This document shows, in pieces, positions 52,038-64,000 of a stretch of DNA of 64,000 bases. Each line of letters begins with the position of its first letter. The first letter of the stretch is position 1. This DNA is from Eledone cirrhosa (lineage: Eukaryota), in NCBI GenBank assembly GCA_964016885.1, contig OZ024756.1, positions 11,656,001 through 11,720,000 of the forward strand, in the 5' to 3' direction. The notes beneath the pieces are model-generated. The model did not search any database and was not told the DNA's origin. It was given only the letters and a program-made list of their open reading frames with translations. The position numbers were made by a program, and so were the translations under genes.

Positions 52038-52652
52038 GTTATTATTATTATTATTATTGTATTGACAGTATCGGTAGAGGGTCGGATGCCATGATTTGCA
52101 GCAAAGAGTTACGTCCCTTTGCGTTCTGAGTTCAAATCCCGCTCAGGTTAGCTTTGCCTTTCATCCTTGCGGGGTCGATTTAATTGACTTTCCCCTCCCC
52201 CAAAATTGCTAGCCTTGTGTCTATATAAGAATCCATTATTATTGCGGTGGATTGGCAGTATCGATAGAGGGTCGGACGCCATGCTTTGCAGCAAAGAGTT
52301 ACGGCCCTTTATGGTCTGAGTTCAAATCCCACCGAGGTTAACTTTGCCTTTCATCCTTACGGGGTCGATAAAATAAAGTACCAGTAATACACTGGGATAA
52401 TTGCTGGCCTTGTGCCAAAAGTAGAAACAATTATTATTGTGTGTTGTTATAATAAATTTGAAGGGCAGTGGATTGGCAATATCTGTAGAGAGTCGGACGC
52501 AATGCTTTGCAGCATAGAGTTACTGTCTGAGTTTGAATCTCCCTGAGGTTAACTTTGCCTTTCATCCTTACAAGGGTTGATAAAATAAAGTACCAGTAAT
52601 GCAGTGGGGTAATTGCTGGCTTTGCGCCAAAAGAAAGTAGAAACAATTATAA
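51763..52652 (+). mobile_element. Head-to-tail cluster of about 5 (ATT)-tail SINEs separated by (TTA)n
   Basis: Full copies at about 52060, 52245 and 52465 with A-box-like TGGCAGTATCG and B box GAGTTCAAATCC. Confidence 0.88.
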
Positions 52653-52890
52653 TAAATTTGATGTGAACGAGAATACTGTTATTTTCCAACTGTCAAAATA
52701 TCTCTGTATATTGAAACTGATTCCTGTCATTTCTTGGAGATTTCAATCAGAAGATGTGGAATGGTGAGATTCTACCTTATAGATTAACGGCTGCCATCAC
52801 CTAAAATTCTCTCAACAAGTTTTATAGTCTTTACATATCCTCATCAATGTCTTTATAATAATTTTGATGTTTTATATAGTAAGGCTGCCT

Positions 52891-52929
<39 letters not shown>

Positions 52930-52957
52930 CTCACCCGAATAACACTACGTCCTGACT

Positions 52958-52991
<34 letters not shown>

Positions 52992-53251
52992 CCTCTCTCT
53001 ATTGCGCTCTCTCTTTCTCTCTCTATTGCGCACTCTCTCTCGCTCTCTCTCTCCCCCTCTCACACACACACATTGATAAAACCTCTCTGATTCACACACA
53101 CCCAATCTGTCCATTTTCACACATGCTCTCTCTCCTCCTCCCTCTCTCCCTCTCTCATACACTATCTTTCTTTCAGTTTTCTCTCTTCTGCACAGAGACA
53201 AAATCTCTTTTTCATGTATACACACTAATTTATGTTTCACTTATGTCACAA

Positions 53252-56200
53252 ATAGTTCTAATAACCAGACGTTACTATGATTCTAATGACATTACCATAG
53301 TTCTAATAACCAGACGTTACTTCTAAAGACATTACTATGGTTCTAAAGACATTACTATAGTTCTAATAACCAGACGTTACTTCTAAAGACATTACTATGA
53401 TTCTAAAGACATTACTATAGTTCTAATAACCAGACGTTACTATGATTCTAAAGACATTACTGTAGTTCTAATAACCAGACGTTACTTCTAAAGACATTAC
53501 TATGATTCTAAAGACATTACTGTAGTTCTAATAACCAGACGTTACTTCTAAAGACATTACTATGGTTCTAAAGACATTACTATAGTTCTAATAACCAGAC
53601 GTTACTTCTAAAGACATTACTATGATTCTAAAGACATTACTATAGTTCTAAAGACATTACTATGGTCCTAAAGACATTACTATGGTTCTAAAGACATTAC
53701 TATGGTTCTAAAGACATTACTATGGTTCTAAAGACATTACTATGGTTCTAAAGACATTACTATGATTCTAAAGACATTACTATAGTTCTAAAGACATTAC
53801 TATGGTCCTAAAGACATTACTATGGTCCTAAAGACCTTACTATAGTCCTAAAGACATTACTATAGTTCTAAAGACATTACTATGGTCCTAAAGACATTAC
53901 TATGGTTCTAAAGACATTACTATAGTTCTAAAGACATTACTATAGTTCTAAAGACATTACTATGGTCCTAAAGACATTACTATGGTTCCAAAGACATTAC
54001 TATAGTTCTAAAGACATTACTATGCTCCTAAAGACCTTACTATAGTCCTAAAGACATTACTATAGTTCTAAAGACATTACTATGGTCCTAAAGACATTAC
54101 TATGGTTCTAAAGACATTACTATAGTTCTAAAGACATTACTATGGTCCTAAAGACATTACTATAGTCCTAAAGACATTACTATGGTCCTAAAGACATTAC
54201 TATAGTTCTAAAGACATTACTATGGTCCTAAAGACATTACTATGGTTCTAAAGACATTACTATGGTCCTAAAGACATTACTATAGTTCTAAAGACATTAC
54301 TATGGTTCTAAAGACATTACTATGGTTCTAAAGACATTACTATAGTTCTAAAGACATTACTATGGTTCTAAAGACATTACTATGGTTCTAATGACATTAC
54401 TATGGTTCTAAAGACATTACTATAGTTCTAAAGACATTACTATAGTTCTAAAGACATTACTATGGTTCTAAAGACATTACTATGGTTCTAAAGACATTAC
54501 TATGGTTCTAATGACATTACTATGGTTCTAAAGACATTACTATGGTCCTAAAGACATTACTATAGTTCTAAAGACATTACTATGGTCCTAAAGACATTAC
54601 TATAGTCCTAAAGACATTACTATAGTTCTAAAGACATTACTATGGTCCTAAAGACATTACTATGGTTCTAAAGACATTACTATAGTTCTAAAGACATTAC
54701 TATGGTCCTAAAGACATTACTATAGTCCTAAAGATATTACTATGGTCCTAAAGACATTACTATAGTTCTAAAGACATTACTATGGTCCTAAAGACATTAC
54801 TATGGTCCTAAAGACATTACTATGGTCCTAAAGACATTACTATAGTTCTAAAGACATTACTATGGTCCTAAAGACATTACTATGGTTCTAATGACATTAC
54901 TATAGTTCTAAAGACATTACTATGGTCCTAAAGACATTACTATGGTCCTAAAGACATTACTATAGTCCTAAAGACATTACTATGGTTCTAAAGACATTAC
55001 TATAGTCCTAAAGACATTACTATAGTTCTAAAGACATTACTATGGTTCTAAAGACATTACTATGGTTCTAAAGACATTACTATGGTTCTAAAGACATTAC
55101 TATGGTCCTAAAGACATTACTATGGTCCTAAAGACATTACTATAGTTCTAAAGACATTACTATGGTTCTAAAGACATTACTATGGTTCTAAAGACATTAC
55201 TATGGTTCTAAAGACATTACTATAGTCCTAAAGACATTACTATAGTTCTAAAGACATTACTATGGTTCTAAAGACATTACTATGGTTCTAAAGACATTAC
55301 TATAGTTCTAAAGACATTACTATGGTCCTAAAGACATTACTATGTTTCTAAAGACATTACTATGTCCTAAAGACATTACTATAGTTCTAAAGACATTACT
55401 ATGGTCCTAAAGACATTACTATGGTCCTAAAGACATTACTATAGTTCTAAAGACATTACAAAGGTCCTAAAGACATTACAAAGGTCCTAAAGACATTACT
55501 ATGGTCCTAAAGACATTACTATGGTCCTAAAGACATTACTATGGTTCTAAAGACATTACTATAGTCCTAAAGACATTACTATGATTCTAAAGACATTACT
55601 ATGGTCCTAAAGACATTACTATGGTTCTAAAGACATTACTATGGTCCTAAAGACATTACTATGGTCCTAAAGACATTACTATAGTCCTAAAGACATTACT
55701 ATGGTCCTAAAGACATTACTATAGTTCTAAAGACATTACTATGGTCCTAAAGACATTACTATGGTCCTAAAGACATTACTATGGTCCTAAAGACATTACT
55801 ATGGTTCTAAAGACATTACTATGGTCCTAAAGACATTACTATGGTCCTAAAGACATTACTATGGTCCTAAAGACATTACTATGGTTCTAAAGACATTACT
55901 ATGGTCCTAAAGACATTACTATGGTTCTAAAGACATTACTATAGTTCTAAAGACATTACTATGGTCCTAAAGACATTACTATGGTCCTAAAGACATTACT
56001 ATGGTTCTAAAGACATTACTATGGTCCTAAAGACATTACTATGGTCCTAAAGACATTACTATGGTCCTAAAGACATTACTATGGTTCTAAAGACATTACT
56101 ATGGTTCTAAAGACATTACTATGGTTCTAAAGACATTACTATGGTTCTAATGACATTACTATGGTTCTAAAGACATTACTATGGTTCTAAAGACATTACT

Positions 56201-57437
56201 ATGGTCCTAAAGACATCACTATGGTTCTAAAGACATTACTATGGTTCTAAAGACATTACTATGGTTCTAAAGACATTACTATGGTTCTAAAGACATTACT
56301 ATGGTTCTAAAGACATTACTATAGTCCTAAAGACATTACTATGGTTCTAAAGACATTACTATAGTCCTAAAGACATTACTATGGTTCTAAAGACATTACT
56401 ATGGTTCTAAAGACATTACTATGGTTCTAAAGACATTACTATAGTCCTAAAGACATTACTATGGTTCTAAAGACATTACTATGGTTCTAAAGACATTACT
56501 ATGGTCCTAAAGACATTACTATGGTTCTAAAGACATTACTATGGTTCTAAAGACATTACTATGGTTCTAAAGACATTACTATGGTTCTAAAGACATTACT
56601 ATGGTTCTAAAGACATTACTATAGTTCTAAAGACATTACTATGGTTCTAAAGACATTACTATAGTCCTAAAGACATTACTATGGTTCTAAAGACATTACT
56701 ATGGTTCTAAAGACATTACTATGGTTCTAAAGACATTACTATAGTCCTAAAGACATTACTATGGTTCTAAAGACATTACTATGGTTCTAAATACATTACT
56801 ATAGTTCTAAAGACATTACTATGGTTCTAAAGACATTACTATGGTTCTAAAGACATTACTATGGTCCTAAAGACATTACTATGGTTCTAAAGACATTACT
56901 ATGGTTCTAAAGACATTACTATGGTTCTAAAGACATTACTATGGTTCTAAAGACATTACTATGATCCTAAAGACATTACTATGGTTCTAAAAACATTACT
57001 ATGGTTCTAAAGACATTACTATGGTTCTAAAGACATTACTATGGTTCTAAAGACATTACTATGGTTCTAAAGACATTACTATGGTCCTAAAGACATTAGT
57101 ATGGTTCTAAAGACATTACTATGGTTCTAAAGACATTACTATGGTTCTAAAGACATTACTATGGTTCTAAAGACATTACTATGGTCCTAAAGACATTACT
57201 ATGGTTCTAAAGACATTACTATGGTCCTAAAGACATTACTATGGTTCTAAAGACATTACTATGGTTCTAAAGACATTACTACGGTCCTAAAGACATTACT
57301 ATGGTCCTAAGACATTACTATGGTCCTAAGACATTACTATAGTTCTAAAGACATTACTATGGTCCTAAAGACATTACTATAGTTCTAAAGACATTACTAT
57401 AGTTCTAAAGACATTACTATGGTTCTAAAGACATTAC
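53252..57437. repeat. 20-bp satellite (AAAGACATTACTATRGTYCT)n, about 200 copies
   Basis: Regular 20-bp period; the 5' edge has higher-order units containing TAATAACCAGACGTTAC. Confidence 0.98.
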
Positions 57438-57504
57438 CAACTCAAAGAATTCTTTCATTAATTTCTCATAATTTATTCAACAGCTGGTTCTCTAGGAAAC
57501 TGCT

Positions 57505-58212
57505 TGTGTGTATGTGTGTGTGTATGTATGTGTTTGTTTGTGTGTGAGTGTGTGTATGTGTTTGTGTGTGAGTATGTATGTGTTTGTGTGTGAGTATGTA
57601 TGTGTTTGTGTGTGAGTATGTATGTGTTTGTGTGTGAGTATGTATGTGTTTGTTTGTTTGTGTGTATGTATGTATGTGTGTGTATGTATGTGTTTGTGTG
57701 TGTGTGTATGTATGTGTTTATGTGTGTGAGTGTATGTGTATGTGTTTGTGTGTATGTAGTTGTAGGTGTGATTGTGTATGTATGTGTTTGTGTGTGTATG
57801 CATGTGTTTGTGTGAGTGTGTGTATGTAGTTGTAGGTGTGAGTGGGTATGTATGTGTTTGTTTGTGTGTGTGTGTGTGTGTATGTATGTGTGTGTGTGTG
57901 TGTGTGTGTGTTTGTGTAAGTGTGTGTATGTAGTTGTAGATGTGAGTGTGTGTGTATGTATGTATGTGTTTGTGAGTGAGTGTGTGTGTATATGTAGTTG
58001 TAGATGTGAGTGAGTGTGTGTGTGTATGTAGTTGTAGATGTGAGTGTGTGTGTGTATGTAGTTGTAGGTGTGAGTGTGTGTGTAGTTGTAGATGTGAGTG
58101 TGTATGTATGTGTTTGTGAGTGAGTGTGTGTGTATATGTAGTTGTAGATGTGAGTGTGTATGTAGTTGTAGGTGTAAATGTGTGTGTATATGTAGTTGTA
58201 GGTGTGATGTAG
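57505..58212. repeat. (GT)n compound microsatellite with GTAGTTGTAG units
   Basis: Visible repeat. Confidence 0.93.
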
Positions 58213-59037
58213 TGTCATGTTTCGGGTACCTTAAGCCAACCAGAGCCCACTTCCTTCCCAGATCTAAACGCAGCCAATTTCTTCCATAGAATGCGAGAGA
58301 TTTATAAAGTGGAAGCTAGAAATAAATATAAAGGAAGAATTGATCCCAGTAATTTTTTTTATCAACCCTGAAAAGATGAAAGACAAAGTTGACCTTGACG
58401 GGATTTAAACTCCGTGCAGAGAGAGAGTCAGAACAAATAGCACGCAGTATTCTATCCAACACTCTAACGACTCTGCCTTACACTCCTGTAATATGATAAT
58501 TCGGTGTCAAAACCATCATATGCAACAAATTAAATTTATCTTGTCACTTGAAAAAGGGGATGAATTGGCAGAGATATTAGGATGCTGGAGTAAATACTTC
58601 AGATCTTACCATTTAACACCCTCTGTAAACTACCTCCCTAGAATGGCAGTTCTCAGCAATTCTCTTATCGACCACATTTTTCTTGCAGGCATGGATCTTC
58701 TGGTATTGAAACTTTTCTCTAAAGATTGCATAAATTTATCATCATTTTACGACCACTGTCGCTGGCATGGTTTGGTCGGAACAGTAACTAGAGATTATTT
58801 TAACATTTTTATCTTTTAACAGAGGCATTATAGCAGCAGACAAAATGTCTTGTGGCACTTAGTTACGGCTCTTTACATTCTCAGTTCAATTCCTGCTGAG
58901 GTCAACGTTGGCTTGCATTGTTCTTTGATTGGTAAAATAAAGTACCTTTCAAGTACTTGGGTTAATATCAACTTCCCCTCACCCCAAATTTCTAGCCTCG
59001 TTCCTTTGTTACAAACCATTATTTAGGATGTGTTTTG

Positions 59038-59222
59038 GCGGTGGATTGGCAGTATCGGTAGAGGGTCGGACGCCATGCTTTCCAGCATAGTTACGTCCCT
59101 TAACGATCTGAGTTCAAATCCCGCCGAGGTTGACTTTGCTTTTCATCCTTACGGGGTCGATAAAATAAAGTACCAGTAATGCATTGGGTAATTGCTGGCC
59201 TTGTGCCTAAAGTAGAAACACT
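59038..59222 (+). mobile_element. Full-length (ATT)-tail family SINE
   Basis: GGCGGTGGATTGGCAGTATCGGTAGAGGGTCGGACGCC...GAGTTCAAATCCCGCCGAGG...AGTAGAAACA; flanked by a repeated TATTTAGGATGTGTTT (possible TSD). Confidence 0.88.
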
Positions 59223-59267
59223 TATTTAGGATGTGTTTAAACTATAACTTAAAATTTCTGACATAAA

Positions 59268-59395
59268 ATAATTGTTTCTACATTTGGCACAAGGCCAGCA
59301 ATTATCCCAGTGCATTACTTGCATTACTGGTCCTTTATTTTATCGACCCTGTAAGGATGAAAGGCAAACCTTGGCGGGATTTGATTTCAGACCAT
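59268..59395 (-). mobile_element. (ATT)-tail SINE fragment
   Basis: Reverse complement of the family 3' half. Confidence 0.8.
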
Positions 59396-60590
59396 AATCC
59401 CACTGAAAAATAATGATGAAAGATTTTAAAGATAGATATAAGCAGTTTTGTATTGTAGAAACATGGGCGGTTTTATGAAATTTGGTATCAAAAGGGTTAA
59501 CTGTTTTAAAACTACAATATATAAATATATGTATGTATATATATAGATGTATATATGTATCTTAAGCGAGCAAAACTGTGTAACCACAATGATAGGTGGG
59601 GGGAAGAACTGGTTCCTCCAGCAATAAAGACTATAAATCTTCCAAGTAACATCAGTTTTTATTTTGTTAGAATTAAATTATCAGGTTTGAGAGAGAAGAA
59701 AAAATATATATGAAAACCTAGCATATATCTTAATGATTCATCATAATTGGTATATCTTGTTTCTCTCCTTGCAGCCTCTAAATCTCCTATGGAATGATTA
59801 TAATCTATACCCATCACCGGCTGATATGTGTGTGTGTGTGTGTGTGTGTGTACACACACACACACTTATATATATATCTAACAGTTATTGTTCTCCAAGC
59901 TCTCTCCATATTGATATAATAAACATTCTCAGTTCTAACTGGTCATATATTACTGACAGCAAGTGAATGGTCTTTTCTTGTAGTTCAAACTAACCTTTGA
60001 TCATCATCATCATCATCATTCTCATCATCATCACTCTCTCTCTCTCTCTCTTGCTCCCTCTCTCACTCTCTCTCTCCCCCTCTCTCTCTCTCTATATATA
60101 TATATATGCCATTTGTAAACTCCATTGTTTTTTGTTAATATATATATAAATAAATATATATAAATAAATGTAAACCGAGTTTTTCGAATATTAATAATAA
60201 TATTCGATTCGTTTGCAATTATGCAAACAACCTCTTTATAGCCATGTCAATAGAATGACCCCGTCATTTTTGCTCTTGTGTCGGCATATAAACAGAACTG
60301 CAGACACTAATGTTTCTGAGTGGTTACCCTTCATCAGTGCAGTATACTGCTTACCTGCCAACTGTCAGAGCTAGTGAAAATATATGATTTTTCTAAAATA
60401 TACAGTGACTGATCGGCCTGATTTGCATATGAACAGACAGGTGATCAATCAGATCTGCATATTAACAGACCCACTGATCAGCCAGATTTTCCCGTTCTGC
60501 TACTGATGCATGTCCGTAGAAAGCGTAAAGGAAAAAAGAGTGCTCTATTTATTGTACATTTAATTACATAATAAACAACACAATATAATT

Positions 60591-60663
60591 ATTTCATCAT
60601 CGAAGGTTTCAAGAAACTAGATGATTCTTGCAAGAAACATCTAGTTCGTTCGTCAGACAAAAT
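60591..60663 (-). ncRNA. Degenerate minimal hammerhead motif within an inverted Penelope-like repeat
   Basis: Minus strand: attttgt-CTGACGA-acg-aactagatg/catctagtt-tctt-GAAA-ccttcgatg-atgaaat; an inverted partial copy lies at 60666-60718. Confidence 0.55.
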
Positions 60664-60734
60664 CATCTTGAAACCTTCAGTATTAAAATAGCTTTATTGT
60701 GTTGTTTATTATGTAATTATATATTTATATATAT

Positions 60735-61103
60735 CATCATCATCATCATCATCATCATTTTACGTCTGCTTTTCCCTGCTTGCAATGGTGGGACGGGAAC
60801 TGATTTTGGCTTGATTTCTACAGCTGGATGCCCTTCCTAACACCAACCTCATTTATAGTGAGTGCTGGGTGCTTCTTTTTTCGTGGCGCCGACACGTCCA
60901 CTTTACAGTGTGGGCTGGGTGCTTTTTCAGTGGAATGATAGGGACCCCAGTCTCTATCATCTCATTTCTACAGCTGAATAAACTGGAGCAATGTAAAATA
61001 AAGTGTCTTGCTCAAGGAAACAACACATCACCCGGTCTGAGAATTGAACTCACAACCTTACGATTGCGAGGCCAATGCTCTAACCACTAAGCCATGTGCC
61101 TCC
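60735..61103 (-). mobile_element. Full-length CORE-type tRNA SINE
   Basis: Same head, CORE-like domain and tail as the other copies. Confidence 0.9.
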
Positions 61104-61110
61104 ATATGTA

Positions 61111-61159
<49 letters not shown>

Positions 61160-62424
61160 TATATGATGATGATGATGATGATTATATATATATATATATA
61201 AAAAACAGGAAAACAACACACATTGTTACAATTGTGAAATGCGCTTCTGTCAAAAGCTTCTTTAGCCAAATATGATTTAAAACTTAGATGTTGTATGTTT
61301 TATTTGCTATCTGGTAGCGAAAAAGCAAAGGGAATATGTATGACCAATATTCTCCATGCTGCATGTTGATAAAAGAAATAAAAGACTCTTTAGAATTGCT
61401 TCTACTATATTTTTTGGCAGTGTCTATTAAATTTGTCCGTGTTCAGTTGTTGTAAGTGAAAGGAATTTTAATCTCTCCTCCGTCACCCTGTCACCCTGTC
61501 ACCCCATGAAGACACCCAAAGTGATAGATGTCATTTTTATTCCAAAAAAATCAATATTCTACTTTAGTTGATTATAGAATGATGTTGGACTTTGAGAGGT
61601 GTGAAGGAGGGGACAATAATGTAACACTGCATTTTTATTTTATTCCTTTACTGGTTTCACTAGTTGCATTCCCCAGATTTTGGTCATACTGGAGCACTGC
61701 CTTGATTTAGTCAATACTATTGACCTCATCATCACAATCAACTGGCTTACATAAAATCCTCTGCACTACCAAATTCACTTTATTGAGACACCAATGTTAG
61801 GGAGGTTTTCATTTCTTGAACGCCAATGTTAGGGAGGTTTTTATTTCTTGAACACCAAAGCTGGGGAGGTTTTTGTGTCTTTGACACAGCTGAAGAGTTC
61901 TCCTGACACTTTGTTTCACAAGTTTTCTATGGCTGGATGCCTTTCCATATCACCGACCACCTTATACAGGGTACTGTTAGATGTTAGAGAGGGAGAGAGA
62001 GAGGGAGGGAGTGCTCTATGATTAAAGATAGTAATTCTAAACTGCCAACTATTGAAAGGTACGTAACACTGGTTCTTGGCAGAGTTGTTAAGATGTCAGA
62101 TAGAATGCTTTACAGTATTCGTCCTATCTCATTGCGTGCTCTGAGTTAAAATCCCACCAGGGTAAACTTTTGGGGTTGATAAAAAAAAAAGTACCAGTCC
62201 ACTACTGGGGTCAATTTTTCCTCTATAGAAAAAAATCGGCTGTGTTCAGACCTGGAGAAGGTTGGGCTCCACCAGGTTTAAATGTGTCCTAGACACACCG
62301 TTTGATGGTGTCTCTATGACTCCACAAGGAGTTATGAGATCTCTATCTTCTAAATCATTTGACTGTGTCAATATTGAAACCTTCTCGTTGTTTGGTTGTG
62401 TTGAGAGAGAAATGAAATGATTAA

Positions 62425-62612
62425 TAATTGTTTCTATTTTTGGCACAAGGCCAGCAATTATCCCAGTGTATTACTGGTACTTTATTTTATCGACCCTGTA
62501 AGGATGAAAGGCAAAGCTAACCTCGGCGAGATTTGAACTCAGACTATAAAGGGCCATAACTCTATGCTGCAAAGCATAACGTCTGACCTTCCACCGATAG
62601 TGACAATCTACC
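62425..62612 (-). mobile_element. (ATT)-tail SINE
   Basis: Reverse complement of a full family copy. Confidence 0.85.
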
Positions 62613-62644
62613 AATATAATATATAATTAAATGGTGATGACAGT

Positions 62645-63472
62645 AGCCACCACCACTACAACCACCACCACCACCACCTCCATCACCATCACCACCTCCA
62701 TCACCACTACCACCAACACCATCATCACCACAACCATCACCACCTCCACCTCCATCACCACCACCACTACAACCACCAGCACCACCACTACAACCACCAT
62801 TACCACCACCACTACAACCACCACCACCACCACCACTACAACCACCACCACAACCACCACTACAACCACCACCACAACCATCACCACCACCATCCCCACC
62901 ACCACTACAACCACCACCACCACTACAACCACCACCACCACCACTACCACCACCACTACAACCACCACCACCACAACCACCACCACCACTACCTTCACCA
63001 CCATCACCACCTCCATCACCACTACAACCACCGCCACCACTACCGCCACCATCACCATAACCACCTCCATCACCAACACCACCACTACAACCACCACCAC
63101 AACCACCACTACAACCACCACCACAACCATCACTACAACCACCACCACCACCACTACAACCACCATCACCACCACCATCACCACCACTACCACCACAACC
63201 ATCACCACCACCACTACAACCACCATCACCACCACCACTACAACCACAACCATCACCACCACCACTACAACCACCACCACCACCACTACCACCACAACCA
63301 TCACCACCACCACTACAACCACCACCACAACCATCACCACCACCACTACAACCACAACCATCACCATCACTACAACCACCACCACCACTACCACCACCAC
63401 CACCACTACAACCACCATCACCACCACCACCACCACCGCCACCATCACCATAACCACCTCCACCACCACCAC
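62645..63472. repeat. (CAC/CAT/TAC/AAC)n microsatellite
   Basis: Triplet repeat; source of the poly-Thr and poly-Val ORFs. Confidence 0.96.
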
Positions 63473-63736
63473 TTATTTTGTTTCTGTTATTTTAAATTTC
63501 CAATCTTGCAAATACTGATCAATACTTACATATATTGAAGTGTTCTGATATTGTACTGCTAGATAAGAACAAAGTAGGTGTAAACAAGTGTGTGTTTACT
63601 TTATACCTCATTTGATGTCTGTAGTTAGAATCTAATTGGGAAGAGGAGTTTCTCTGCTTTTATAGTCAAATGTCGTGTTTTATTTTAAATACACAGTCAA
63701 ATTACTAAACTTCATTTGCAGCAACACAAACTCAAG

Positions 63737-63800
<64 letters not shown>

Positions 63801-63843
63801 GAAAGGTATAGAAAACACTGCAGCGAAAAGCCAACAGCACTCC

Positions 63844-63900
<57 letters not shown>

Positions 63901-63940
63901 GATATTAATAAATGGAAACTATATTTATAAAACCATATTT

Positions 63941-64000
63941 ATTTCATTATACATATTTCAGGGATACCAAATTAAATTATGGTATGCCTTCATCAGACAA
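63941..64000 (-). ncRNA. Minimal type-I hammerhead ribozyme motif (cut by the window edge)
   Basis: Minus strand: ttgt-CTGATGA-AGGCATACCA-taatttaatt-TGGTATCCCT-GAAA-TATGTA-TA-atgaaat. Intact core; 9 of 10 stem II pairs formed. Confidence 0.7.

Noticed and set aside
53252-57437. CRISPR-like or code-like array
   Set aside because: No unique spacers and no cas genes, in a eukaryotic context; the variation is ordinary two-site satellite polymorphism.
58610-58730. R4/Dong C-terminal remnant (SIRELLRTAILG on the minus strand)
   Set aside because: Only one short motif; not enough to call.
59775-59826. Possible exon after a strong pyrimidine acceptor (PLNLLWNDYNLYPSPAD)
   Set aside because: The only donor is within a (GT)n microsatellite; no recognisable product.
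62229-62420. Unique stretch open on both strands (about 60 codons)
   Set aside because: No recognisable motif, flanked by SINEs, and of a length expected by chance.

Overview
AT-rich, extremely repeat-dense eukaryotic DNA, intergenic or within a very large intron. The SINE families and the dense (TA)n/(CA)n/(CAC)n microsatellites suggest an octopus (coleoid cephalopod) genome; this is an inference. I recognise no intact host protein-coding gene. Nearly all listed ORFs are simple-repeat or SINE read-throughs. Transposable elements: a 5'-truncated, frameshifted RTE-clade LINE (33.0-35.4 kb) with many 3' fragments; tRNA-derived CORE-type SINEs sharing the RTE 3' end; a second tRNA-derived SINE with (ATT)n tails; a full-length but decayed DD37D (maT) Tc1/mariner element; R4/Dong and CRE endonuclease fragments; piggyBac-type TTAA MITEs; a pogo/Tigger-like MITE; and a non-autonomous Helitron with its empty site nearby. 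Several minisatellites and satellites were amplified from pieces of these elements. The least expected signal is a set of minimal type-I hammerhead-ribozyme motifs of the Penelope type. Two of them sit in inverted-repeat arrangements, and one has an unusually long stem II. I found no convincing wholly new multi-gene system; all calls come from reading the sequence by eye.
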